Assembly (NCBI GenBank): GCA_965649825.1 | Contig: OZ287705.1 | Span: forward strand, 507,978-571,977 | Length of the DNA: 64,000 nucleotides | Direction of reading: 5' to 3' | Source: Penicillus capitatus | Taxonomy: Eukaryota > Plantae > Chlorophyta | Shown here: in pieces, positions 24,530-36,840 of the stretch | How positions within the stretch are numbered: the stretch's first letter is position 1 | Layout: every line of letters begins with the position of its first letter | Made by a program: the position numbers and the translations under genes | The notes under the pieces: generated by a model | What the model saw: only the letters and a program-made list of their open reading frames with translations | Told to the model about the DNA's origin: nothing | Database searches by the model: none

Positions 24530-25525
24530 CTGCGACGAGTAACAGTTCCCGTCCTTTGTCGTCGCGCGCTTCGATGTTCGCCTCCTCTTCGAGCAGAACC
24601 TGTAAAGGCTTCTTCTGCGCGCAAAAAGTCCATCTGTCCAAGTGGAGGCTTGCTTTCGCCATTTCGATGTCCGGGATCGCCGTTGCGTGATGCAGCGCCG
24701 TCCAGCCTCTCTCGTCAGCCGCCTCAGTTTTTGCGCCTCCGCGGATAGGACCTCCACAAGCGACACTCCTTGCGAGCATCCCCCATACCCGAGATTCACT
24801 TCGCATTCTTCGTCCGCCCAGCAAACACTGCTTGGTGAAGCGGCGTCTGTACTTGTCTATTGATTGCTTCGATGTTCTCGCTCCAATCAAGAAGAACCTG
24901 GACGGACCGCGTCTTGAACGGACGGAACTCTTCACATCAGCGCGAGACTTACGGTCACTATCTCCGTGTCTTCTCTCCGCGCCGCAAACATGAGTGGCGT
25001 CTGTCCGCTGTCGTCCGCAGCCTCGACATCGACGCCCCCTTCGAGCAAAGCCTGAGAAACCGACAACGCAACGGAACTCCCCGTACGGTTCACGACGACG
25101 AATTTTCACCACTCTTGCGCCCCCGTGAACTGCTGCGCAGTGCAGTGGCGTCGGGCCCTTCTCGTCTGTCACCTCAATGTCAGCATCTGTGAAGAGCAGA
25201 ACCTGTGCGGGCAGTCACGTCATCGTCAACGACCCTGGCTGCACATTCAAACACACCTTTACATCTTCCACTCTTCCTTCTCATGACACCTAGTACAGCA
25301 GCGTCGCTCCATCACCGACGCGCACGGCGAGGTTGGCCTCCAGGAACTGAGAAGGCAGTCTGCTTCGGCGATTCTACGTTGCGGTTCGCACCTGGTAGTC
25401 TCCGCAAAAGCAGCACGCTCGACGGCGTGCGAAATGCTTCAACCAGTACGGCCACGACTGCCAAATTTCGGCGCTGGAAGGAGAAGGATACACAGACACG
25501 CCGCGTCAAGCAGAGGGCGTTTCAT
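24530..25525 (-). pseudogene. ANK-F: decayed signal-peptide ankyrin-repeat paralog
   Basis: ATG 25525 (MKRPLLDAACLCILLLPAPKFGSR) and four internal repeat exons. Lesions: in-frame TAG (25292-25290) and TGA (25283-25281) in the N-cap exon, AT instead of GT at the donor 25103, and a 1-nt loss at the donor near 24799. No typical TPYD..C C-cap. Confidence 0.7.
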
Positions 25526-28132
25526 ATTTTCGCAAGCGGAAGATGACCCGAGTCCGCGCGAATGTAGACTTCGACAACGCTCGCAGAGATAAGAGGGTCG
25601 AAACGGGTGCGTGCGGACGAGCTGCGTCAGTGGATTTGTCGTCTATCCGTAGTGTCATCCGCGTGTACGGCCATCATGAGCGCCTCACCTCCGCATCTAC
25701 TAAGCTGCAGCAATGTCAGTCGACGGCCTCGAAGAAGCGTTTCCACCCGATCATGGCGATGGGAAGGTAATCCGACAACGTCGTGTGCGGAATGAGGCTC
25801 TACGATACACGCCTTGGCCCCGCAGAGGGAACGACGTTTCGCATGCCGACCTCGTTGGCATCATCTACAAAGAAGCGATCGTCGGCGACCATTTAAGGCG
25901 TCAAGCTTTCGGCTACCGGCACAGAGGACTCTCCTCAGTCATCTAGCAAAAAAGAGCGCTGTTATTCACAGAGGTCACATCAATTGGATCACGAGGACGA
26001 TGGGCAGGATGGATAGAGGAGCTGAGTTCATGGAAGAAGTTATATTCTGTTGCACCATTCCTCGCAGCCCTGGGTGAGTGGCTCTGCCGTTTGCTTTGCG
26101 AATCGTCGTTTCTGTCCACACTGGACTTGCTTATAAATTAGAAAGTGATCTGCCGCTGTTAAAGGAGACAGCGCCTCTGCGGCCTGGTCGAGCTATGGCG
26201 CTTAACAGCGAGGGACTGAGTAGAGTCGTAGGGAGAAGCGCGCGACGTGAGCCGTGACGCAGAGGGTATGTGCGTCACGAATGCTGCCACTGCGTCGGAT
26301 AGGTATTCGCGCAGGGGCTCCGTGAGAAATGTATGAAGTCTCCCTCGTCCGACGCTCGTCGTTATCCAGAAGAACAGCTTTCTTTTGTTTTGTCTTCGCG
26401 TCGTATACGAAAACGTATACACGATGCGACCCGTTTTGGCTGTACGTCGTCAGTTGTTTTTTGCGCACCGTCGCAAGGATGCAAACGGGATCCGACGAGG
26501 CGCGGCAGCAACCTTACACTGCCTGCGCTTTTCTTTCGTTGAACAATTGACCGTGTTTGTACGTACACGCCTCGCCTATCGTTCTCCGCCTTAGGCACTG
26601 GACCGTCAAGAAGACTAAATTGTATTTAAAATCTACAGCAATTTGGCGATCGCCGTCGGTAAACTGCACAGAAAGCAGTATCAAACTGTTAGAGTTCTAA
26701 CTTCGCATAAATCTCACGTGTTCTCGAAGGCGATTCCGTCATTGAAATCTATCTGACCCTCTTGGATCTGCTCACTCCTTAGACATGCATTGCCGTCGGG
26801 TTTTAACTGCTAATGTGTCCGTTAATCATTACCCACAGCTTGGTGACACTCATAAGTCGCGATTGTCATTGCGGCGCCTTTTAATCTCCGTGTTCTGTAC
26901 ATGGTCATGGACCGTCCGTCTATCATTAGTTATGGCTTCCCGCCTCGAGATCGGCGCTCACTGCTGACATACTTGACTCCTAACTCTATCCGCAAGATGC
27001 TAATAGCATGAATACGTCCCCGACCAGAGACATCGAGCGTTTCTTTTCGGGCCCTTTAGCCAAACGCCCCGCATCTTCAAATTCGTATGCTCACTGCCCA
27101 GCTATCGAATAGCTGGCAGTCCATGTCGCTTTGGCATCTTGTTGCTACGATATCGCTGTACATAATGGTCCTTTGCCGCGTCTCTCATAGACGGTTTGTG
27201 CGCAATCTGTTTTGCCAAGGCTAACCTTTTCCATAAGCCGACTTCAATGAAGCACGAAAGAACTCCCGCCGCCTTAGGCGAACTTCTCTCGCCGGTCTCG
27301 TTTTCTGCAAACCAGCCCACATTGTAGTCAATACGCTAAAATCCGTTTCACATTTGAACACGATCCTTTTTCGAAACCAATGTCATCCACAATGTCTCTG
27401 AGTTATATCTAGGGAATCCGATTGCCGTAATAGATCAACGGGTATTAGCAGATTCAAAAGAATCTACGATTGATGTGTTATCGACATAGAAGACTAAGGG
27501 ACGGTCTTCGATGTTAACGCAAAAGGCGCCGATGATGGAACAGGAGAATGCTGCCTTTGCTGTTTTGCACTGGGAACCTTGCTGCTAAAGCTATAAACTG
27601 TAGACTTCATGGGTTCGCTTGGCATCCAAGCCACTCGATGCAATTGGTTCTCTTGATAAGGGCCACGAATCTGTACTCGGAGAATTCGACAACGGTAGCC
27701 TCGTTTGGACACCACAATATACGCAGAGGAATGGATACTGTGAGTAAGTACGTCTATCCCAAATAGTTATGGAGAATCTCAACTGTGTGTATTCTGTCTT
27801 CGCGAGAGTGATGATGCTTTCGAAGAACTGGGAGCCTCACTCGTCGACAATGCTATAGATCCTGCGAGTTAATAAAGTAGAGGGTCCGTCACCTTCCGCC
27901 TCAATCAAGAGCTGTGTCCTCGATCAAACGGCTGGTTGACTCTTAAGAAGTATCGCTTGACTGGAAGAATGCATTACATGCATGCTCAATTATCTTTTCC
28001 TTCGCATACTTGTGAAAGGAAGTAGAGATTGATCTAAAAGGCGAAAGTAAACGCAGAGAAGCGTCAAGACGTCGCAACGGCCACGCCAATCTAGTGATCG
28101 CGATAGTCGGCGTACTTGCGAGCGGTCAGCGG

Positions 28133-31100
28133 ATGTGGGATCTCGAGTTCGCCGTCAACGCCACTACTGTGAAACGTTGCATCTGTCACGTCTGCTACGA
28201 GTGCCGCTTGCGTCATCGACGGCGTCGCTTCTTGGCAGAAACAATTGGATCGAGCATCACATTAATGTTTGGAGATTTAAACGATTTGAAGAGGAGTTTC
28301 CGGCTAATCTTCACGACAACCTGAGTTTCTCGCTCGTTTAAGTTCGGATTCGTCGTAAAGCTTTCTCAGTTGTTTGAAACGAATTAACGTCGCCTCATGC
28401 AAGTCGCGGGTTCGTTTTCTTTAAGTTACGGTTTTCCGCATCGGCGCTGCAGAGGGACGCGGGGCATCGGATGGAGTCGAGTACGCGTACGCGCTGAGCA
28501 CACACCTGTGGTACGGGGTCTACGAGGTCACCTTCTCCATTCCTCTTTCAGAATCCTAAAATTCGTCTTCGTCGCAGTGGCGAATCCACCGCTCGATGTT
28601 TGCGAAAGAAAGGGCGATGTTTTCGAGCAACTTCTCCGTGGGTGGCGACGAATGGTGAGTGTAACGACAGCGTAATGCATATGCGCCATGCGTCCGTGTG
28701 TTCTGACCAGGTGCATCTTCGCGAGGCATCTCGGCCGACGGAGGTTGGCAGCCGACTTGCAGTCGTGGTCGTCTACGCGAGTTCGAGCTCACTTCGCGCT
28801 CTCTCTTGTCAACCAGACAGACGAAAGGAAGAATCTCGTCAGAGGTGTGAAGTCGATTCACTGTCGACATCTTCTGAAGAGAAGTGTCTTCCCGCAGCCG
28901 GCTTCTATGATGATCTGCAGCGCGATGACAGTGGCGCTCGAGAGAGCGAACCCTTCTGCATGGCAGAGACTACCAAGGAGTCCTCGTCCGGATTTCTGAA
29001 GGAAGACTACTTTGTGCTGCGATTAAAACTGCGGATAAGAAGTTCATCCAACGAGTCTGTCACATTTGTCACTAAAGAAAGGACAGTGGTCTGCGAAGTA
29101 AGTGTTGGGAACGCGCATCCGAACCGTTGTGTGACGGATGGACGATGCTAGTGGAACATCAAGCATGCGTGGGAGCTGAATCCATGCATCGTAAGAACCG
29201 ATCGCTTCAGAATCCAAGGCAACGACATGTGAGTTGTGGACAGTACATTCCTTAACAATCGTTCTCACGTCTGCTGCTCAGGGAGTTGAGGTTGTGCAAG
29301 GAGGGAGGAGTTTTCGGTGTAGACGGTTTGAGCGTTCTTATTGCGAACATGAGCGGCGAGAATGCTTGCTTCGAGGGCGAAATCTGCTTCATACAAAGTG
29401 ATTTCTCTGCAGACAACAGCAATTCAGCTTTTTTCTGTCCTCGTCGGGTTCTTCTAACCCTTCTGTTCAGAGTTTGTGGAGCAGATCAACGTCGGCGATG
29501 CTAAGGGATGGGTCCGATACTTCATAGAGAAGGGTTTGTCAGAAGAGCCTTCTTCGGCGGCGGAGGACGACTGGTCGGAGGAACTACACTTCATAGAGAA
29601 GGGTTTGTCAGAAGAGCCTTCTTCGGCGGCGGAGGACGACTGGTCGGAGGAACTACACTTCATAGAGAAGGGTTTGTCAGAAGAGCCTTCTTCGGCGGCG
29701 GAGGACGACTGGCTGAACCTCTCTGTGAAGATCACCTTGCTCAGTGACGAGGGTTTTCGAAACGCACTGCCTTCAGTTCTCAGGCGACTTCCGATGCATC
29801 GTCTTCCCAAGATCGATACCGGTAATGAAGTCCGACACCAAGGTACCGACGGATTTTCAAGAACGGCAAACATCTTGATCGCTTTATGGCAGGCGGCGTT
29901 GGATGCATTCATCTGGTCGATCATTACTACAGCCTGACGACAAATAAGTGGTTTGCGCGATATGAAGTGAGAGATTCAAGGTCTCCATTTGACTGCAATG
30001 GAGGCTTGTGTTCGAACAGTGGTTTGTGCACAAATCCTTCCTGACTCAAGACAGCGGATTGACAATCTCTGAAGGTGAATTCGAGGAGGTTTTCGTGTTT
30101 GGATGCGAGGATGAAGATCAATTGAACAAACAGATCTTTACAAACGCATTTAAAGTGGAAGATCGATTATGGTGCACAAGAAGGCATTCTTTTATTCTTC
30201 TGATGACTTGACGTGTTCGAGGTGTCTTGGAATGAAACGCGACGAAGACGGATATCTCTACGCTTGCCTTGTGTCGAAGAACGAGACTCGAGTGGAAGTG
30301 CAGTTTGGATTCAAGCTGGTGAATTCAAACAGCGAGCGCGGTGAACGCACCGGTAAGGAAGACAGAATCTGATCCGTCTTCGAAGTTGAGAGGTGTTTGT
30401 TAGGACGTCTTCACGAGTTCTCGTTCGTCGACGACTGTTGCGAGGACAAACTTCTTCCATGCACTGAAATAGCGTCACCAGATAATGGATTCCTGAGAGA
30501 TGACCACTTTCTTCTTCGTCTGGATATGAGAGTGAAACAGGAAGATAACGAATCGTGTGAAGTCACTGCGGACGGGAAAACTGCAACCTGCTTGGTATCC
30601 TCCATGTTTGACGCATTGTCCTGCTCTTAAGCTGGAGTCTAGTGGAGGTCAAGATTCCTGAAAGACATGAGTCCGTGGCGCGTTGCGACCAGAACCATCA
30701 GAATTGGAGACTCGGCACTGTGAGAGTCTTCCGAGTATTGCGACGTGCGTTTGGAGTTTCTTTTTGCGCAGGCAAGTCTTCTTTTATGCCAACGGTAAAA
30801 CTGGGTCGAGCGTTCCAGTCATCACCATACAAAAACAGAGCGCAGAAGACCTCGTTCGAATGTTCCTGGAAATCGACCTTGTCCGTCATGTCGACTCCGA
30901 CAGAATCAGAATGACGAGTGACTTTGTCTCCTATGTCTCTCTCGTCGACAGATGCAGTTTAGGCAGTCATCGTGTAATCCGTTGGAACCAGGAATTATGC
31001 GCAGACGGCCCGTTTACTCTGAGTCATCTGAAAGACGAAGCCTTGGAGCTTGTCAAAGATGGCTGGACGATCTTCGAGATCAAGATAAAGCTGTTTAACG

Positions 31101-34100
31101 AAGCAGAGTTCGACGAGGAGATGAGGCGCATATCAAGACATCTCGATCGGGGACATCAACGGTGGGAGGGGCCGAGCCCTCACGCACTGATGCACGTCGA
31201 AGGTCTGTCCTTAAACGACACCCTTCTGCTTCGATGGTACTTGAGTGCAGAGGGAAGTGGAGAAGATAATGGCTTTGCTTACACTTTCATTCTGAACAAG
31301 TACAAGTACTTCGCCACGTACGAGGTCCGTTCTGTCAAATTATCATATCTGCTTCGTGATCTGTATCTTCTGTCTAACAGTGTAAAGTGCCTCGAAGTTT
31401 TCTTCTGGAGAGGGAGAGATTCTTTAGTACTAATACGTTCGATATGGATGGCAGAGAATGGTTAGATTAACAATCGTCGACGACCTGCCTGAAGACAGTT
31501 TGTGTTTTCAGGCTTGTGACGATTCGACACGGGTACAGTGGACACCTGGCTGCTTACTTGTGGAACAAAGGCGTCACTCGGGCAACCGCTCACTACTGCT
31601 TTACCGTCGTCAGCAAGAAACGTGGCAACAGTGTATCCAGAGGTGATGGATCCACTGGAGATGGTAGTCATTCCAAAGACTGTTATTCTATTCGAAGGAG
31701 GCTTCGCAGAGATCTTTCCCGCTGTCTGCAAGGACAATCAAGGGTTCTCCGACCTCTGCGCCGCTGCGATAGTGAACGATCCGACTGAGGGATTCCTGGA
31801 AGGGATAAAGAAAGATTTCTTCCTCTTGCGCGCAGAGATCAGACTCAAGCTCCAAGACGACGAACGCTGGACAGTTTCCGTCAAAAGAAAGACAGCCACA
31901 TGCACCGTACGTTTGACTTCTTCTTCGAAGCACAACGATGTTTGACATTTGCAGTGGAAGCTGAAGGGACTGCCAAGTCTGTGTCCAACAATATTGTCAT
32001 CTGAGTTCTTCAATATTAGAGAAACCAAGTGGTGTAGCGATATCTTCTGGCTCTAACCTCGTCCAGCTGCTTGATGTGCGTGTGCCTTTGCAGGAGGCTG
32101 GCACTAGGGCCGAAGGGAAACAGCTCGAACTCTCACAACACCAGTCTTTACCTCTTCAATTGTCAAGATCACTCTGTATGCGTGAGGACTGAGTTCCGCG
32201 CCTTAAATCACAAATTGGCCAAGAAGACTTCTGCAGACGAAGTTAGAAGTCAGCATGCTCTTCATTCAATAAAAGCTCGTCCATAAACTTGTTCTACAGA
32301 ATTTACCGAGATCATCGAAGGGTACAGAATGTCAGGCTTCTCTAAGTTTCTGACAGACGACCAGTTGACGGACGAATCACTCGGATTCCTGAAAAAGGGC
32401 TGGATTACATTGACTGCGACAGTCACCCTCCTCGATGTCGATCAGGTGCCGCAGTGCGGGTATTGCCGATTAGACCCAACGTGCTCCGTGCGTCACGGCA
32501 ACACGTAAGACACTCCCTCTTTCTTCCACAATCCACTGATGCTCCACTGCACTGCCAGAAAACACCTGTGCTACTGCACCAAATGCGCCAAGAAGCTGAA
32601 GGAGTTGCTGCTTGATGGGCAGGAGATCAAGTGCCCTGTGTGTGAGCAGTTAGTGGAGAGAGTCATCATGAACGACGGTCCCTACTTCGAAAGATGTCCC
32701 ACATGCCTCATCGACCCCATATGTGCCGTCAGACACGGCAACACGTAGTGCTGTCACCATCGCGCGTTGTGTCGCATGTCTGGCTGTATCAGGAAACACC
32801 TCTGCTACTGCACGGAATGTGGCAAAGAGCTTTCCAGGAGACTGAGGGGTAGAGTCATTCAGGACTGCGTCGTCAGAACGGCGTGCCCAAAGAAAATATC
32901 GCCCGTGGAGAAGACGACATCGAAATGTCACGTGTGCGGTGATGACAATCCAACCTGCTCAGTGCTGCACAGATCCACGTAGGATTGACTACATAAACAC
33001 TGATAAACTTGTTGCGTACGATGATGTTCAGGGAGCACGTTTGCTACTGCCAGCTCTGTGCATGCAAAGAGTTTATGAAGGCGCTTGCGAAGAAGTGCAA
33101 GCTCAAGTGCCCAGTGTGTCAGAGAGAGGCGGACCGCATCGTCGTCAAGAATGCTGCTGACGACGAGCGAGTCCCCGCTCTGCGCAGATGCAAAAGCGCA
33201 GTGATCGTCCAGAAGAAACTGGATGAGGAGATCCTTGACATGCATAGAGCCGTGGTGCCAGCACAGCAAGTGTCATCGAGTCAGACTGTTGCTGAAGGCG
33301 GACGGAGTAAACAGAAGGATTTAGCGGTGTCCAGATATAACGAAACGATGTCTGCTATCAAGAAGCTACAGGACGGGACTTTCTTTATCCACACAGCCAA
33401 AGTCCCAAGTCAGCAAGAGTCACCGAGTCAGACAGTTGCCGACAGAAAACAATACACGGAGAGGCGTTTAACGCTGGGCAGATACATGAAAGCGTTGTCT
33501 GCTTCCAAGAAGCTAGTCGATGTGATTTTGGACTACTGTGGGGTCGAGGTCCAACTTCAGCGAGAGTCATCGAGCCTGACCGTCGCGGAAGGCAGTCAAG
33601 ACAAAGAGACATACTCAGTGATGAAGTTGTGCGAGGAAGCAATGTCCACTCTAGAAGAAATGTCAGAGGCGTTGTTGGGCAACTGCGACGTCGAGATCCC
33701 AGACCACCAAGAGTCAATGAGTCAGATGGCCGCTGAAGGCAAACAAGACAAGCAGGCGCAGACGGAAGACTCAAAGAAGGGCACATACGAAAAAACAAAG
33801 GCTGCTTTCGGTAAGCTGTTTGAGGCTATCTCGGCCTCCACTGAAGTCGGCACTCCAGTCCAACAGACGCCATCCGATCAGACTGTCATCGAGGACACAT
33901 GGACTCTGCGACATGCCCCGCCGCTACATAGGTGTGAGAGTGCAACGTTCTCCTGGGATAAACAATGTCCGTTCTGCCCTTCGACACAAGACCTCGATCA
34001 TGAAAGCAGGTGTGTCTTTATTCGTTTGGCGAATTGTGTAGCACTGCGGCAGTTGCTGCAACAGGCATCTGTGTTACTGCATTAAGAGCAACAAGAAGAT

Positions 34101-35137
34101 TGTGAGGAAGTTCAAGGCCCGGGAGACACGCGTGTGTCCTTTCAAATTCTGCCGCAAGCAAGTCGACCGCGTCATCATAAATGCCGCTCCCTGGAAGCCA
34201 AGAATCGTCGAGGAAGAGATCAAGCAGTGCCTGCCGTGTAAGGCAAAGAAGGAGGCCACCAAGGCAGCAGAGCAGACGCAGAAGACCAAAGGCTCATCCG
34301 CCACGGCAAAGAAAGCAGCTTGCAAGTCTAAAGATAGCACACAGAAGACTAGAGGTTCGGCCTCTGAGATAAAGGAAAACGCAAACGAAGTAGACGACAA
34401 AACACAGAAGACGAAAAGCTCAAGCTCAGACGCAAAGGGAGAAAACTCCAAGGCAGCAGACACTGGACAGAAAACTAACATTTCTGCTCCTAAGGCGAAG
34501 GAAGACGTCAGAAAGTCAGGAGATCGCTCGAAGGAGAGCAAAGGTGCATCGTCAAAGGCGACGGGTTCTGAAACAGAAGCAGCAGTGCCCACATGCTCTG
34601 CCGTCCACGGAGACAACACGTAAGAGCAATCCCCACTATCCGCTCTAATCTTGCATCTTGCTGCACAGGAGACACAAGTGCTACTGCGATGCTTGTGCTC
34701 TGGCCGTGCTCAAGGACAGTCTGCGCAGTGGCAAGGCGATCAGGTGCCCGGTGTGTCGAGAGGTGGTCCATCGGATCATCATGCAGGACGCCTCGGACGA
34801 AAGGAAGCGTCTGGGGATGCGCCGATGCAAGAGCACCATGCTCGCCAGAGAGCTGCCACCCTCAGAGACGGCTGTCAGGAGGACGACCGAGAGGCTAGCG
34901 TTCGACGAAGACGTGCAGCAGATCGTCATCGAGGAGGTGTTGGACAAGGCACCTTCCAGACTGCGCCGATGCAAGAGCACTGGCGAGATCCCCGTCGTCG
35001 ATGCATCTGACAAGGCGCAAGCCTCGAAACTGCGCAGACGCAAGAGCTTCGCGGGAGGGCTAAACGTGGCAAACGATCTGGATGATGACGACTCATACAA
35101 GCTGCGCAGAAGCGAGAGCACAGATTTGCTTCTCTGA
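28133..35137 (+). CDS. MATH-RING-1: multi-exon protein with ~6 MATH/TRAF domains and ~5 Mdm2-type RING fingers (start approximate)
   Basis: Spliced MATH motifs, e.g. YE|WRIHRSMFAKERAMFSSNFSVGGDEW|CIF..RAHFALSLVNQ..KNLVR; ..GWVRYF..DDWLNLSVKITLL; ..NGFLRDDHFLLRLDMRV; ..VKDGWTIFEIKIKL; ..EGFL..FFLLRAEIRL; ..LGFLKKGWITLTATV. These are followed by CxxC..HGNT|xHLCYCxxCA..CPVC..V RING motifs (32450-34790) and a Lys/Ser-rich linker. TGA at 35137. Confidence 0.8.
29521..29712 (+). repeat. In-frame 69-bp (23-aa) tandem repeat, 2.8 copies, inside the second MATH domain
   Basis: FIEKGLSEEPSSAAEDDW(SEELH) units start at 29521, 29590 and 29659. The paralog has a single copy (LKEKDLSDKLSSAMEDGW, ~45427-45480). 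Confidence 0.95.
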
Positions 35138-35499
35138 ACATCTTTTTTTACTTCTCGTCAACTATCAATTCATTTCAAAACCCGGCTGCGGTCAGCAGCG
35201 CAACGCACACACTCACACATTATCTCTCTGACGAAGAAGCGAAGTTATGTGACATGTTCATTATCTGCGTGACATTGTATTGACGGCAGCATGCTTTGTC
35301 GTCATCAGTTTCTGAGTTTTGTTAAAGCATTGACCCTGCGGCGATGCTCTTCACAGACTTTCTATTTCATTCTTAAGGAACGATTGCGTTCTTCAGTCAT
35401 TTACGCCAATTCTTATAACAGTGATACCCTATGTTGTGCATTTGCCCTTTTAATACAGAAAGGTCCTCTTTCCTTGATCTCCCGTCCATCGCATGCAAC

Positions 35500-36840
35500 A
35501 GCGAGTTAGACCCTGAACGCCTATTGCACTTTTTCCAGAGATTCTTCACCCTTAGAAGGACCGAGCTGCCCGATCACACTGTCCAACCATCTGCCCGGGA
35601 CACGGCAGCCTCTCTGTCATCCAGTTATCTCGATGCCGTGAAAGAAACAACTACACAGATTCTACAACCCAGTCAAGTGTCCATACATCGAGTTCGAAAC
35701 AATTCTACCAGACGGTCGACGTAAAGTTTGGTCACCAGCGTGCGTAGCTCGAACCCCGCGGAGATCATGCCGGACAATGACGTTGTTTCGACCTTTGACT
35801 AAGACGACACTTGCGAAAAGTTCTCTGTAAAGTCGCGAGTTGTTCTCGTCGACGGAAAGATTCCTCTGTACAACTTCGCCCCTTTTCTTTGCCGGGCAGA
35901 ACAGCCGAGAACTTCTTTCGAGACATAGTGGAGCAGCGTGGGTCAGCAGATGCGTTCAACAACGACGCACACAACAAGTCGAGAATGAGATGTCCACACT
36001 TCCATTCTGCTTGAGGTTCTGTTATCTGTTCTCCGACAGGGAGCCTGTCGAGCAGATCTAAGCACGGTGGTTACCACGGCAGGGCATCCAAAAGAAGGAT
36101 CCCTCTCTTTATCACTGATGAGTGGCGCTAATAGCTTCCTTTCCCAGGGAAGGAAATCGCCCTCATGCCGCAGAGTGGATCGGTTGACGACGAGCTTCTG
36201 ATGTGATTCTCGACGACATGCGGGTGAAGTCGTTTCGCGTGTTACCTCCGTCCGGGCTCGACAGAGCATCAACGATACTGCAGTATTGCATTGGTTACGT
36301 GGAATCTAGTGATTGGTCCTTATGTGTCGGCGAACACTGCGGTCGACGACGGAATTGTCAAGCGACACGTCCGAGGCCGACGCGCTCCGCCGGTTTTTTA
36401 CACTTCTCATGCATTTCTGGACGAACGGGCAAACTTCACAAGCCTGTAAAGAGTCGACAGGTTCCGCGAGACGCTTCCATGCCTTATCATTGACCACGAA
36501 GACGGACGTCGACGAAGAGACAATAGCAGAATCGCAGACTTCGGACCATTCCTCCAAGAAAGCCGACAATTCTACCGCTTCGACGAATATTGCAAAGTCA
36601 TTTATCAAGCACTAGCGAGAGATCAAGTGGAAGAGACAAACGATACTTCAGACGGAAAGGACAACATCCGAGAAGAATCCGGTCCACGAACATCGAAGGA
36701 AAAGAATACGAAAGAACATCAAAGAAAACACAAACGGCCTGACGAAGATTCGACGGAGACAGACCGAGAAACCGAAAAACAAGAGCAACACAAGACGAAA
36801 CCCCCTTCCCTGATATGCGAAACTGTCCCCATGTGAACAC
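35500..36840 (+). other. Possible fragments of an unassigned gene (charged low-complexity segments)
   Basis: Protein-like frames at 35431-35724, 36313-36615 and 36627-36836 (acidic/basic). No recognisable domain, and no consistent splice model was built. Confidence 0.2.

Noticed and set aside
26470-26490. CGCAAGGATG motif resembling U6 snRNA
   Set aside because: The ACAGAGA box and the rest of U6 are absent; chance match.
26600-28050. AT-richer interval as a degraded mobile element
   Set aside because: No diagnostic motif or boundary could be supported from the sequence alone.
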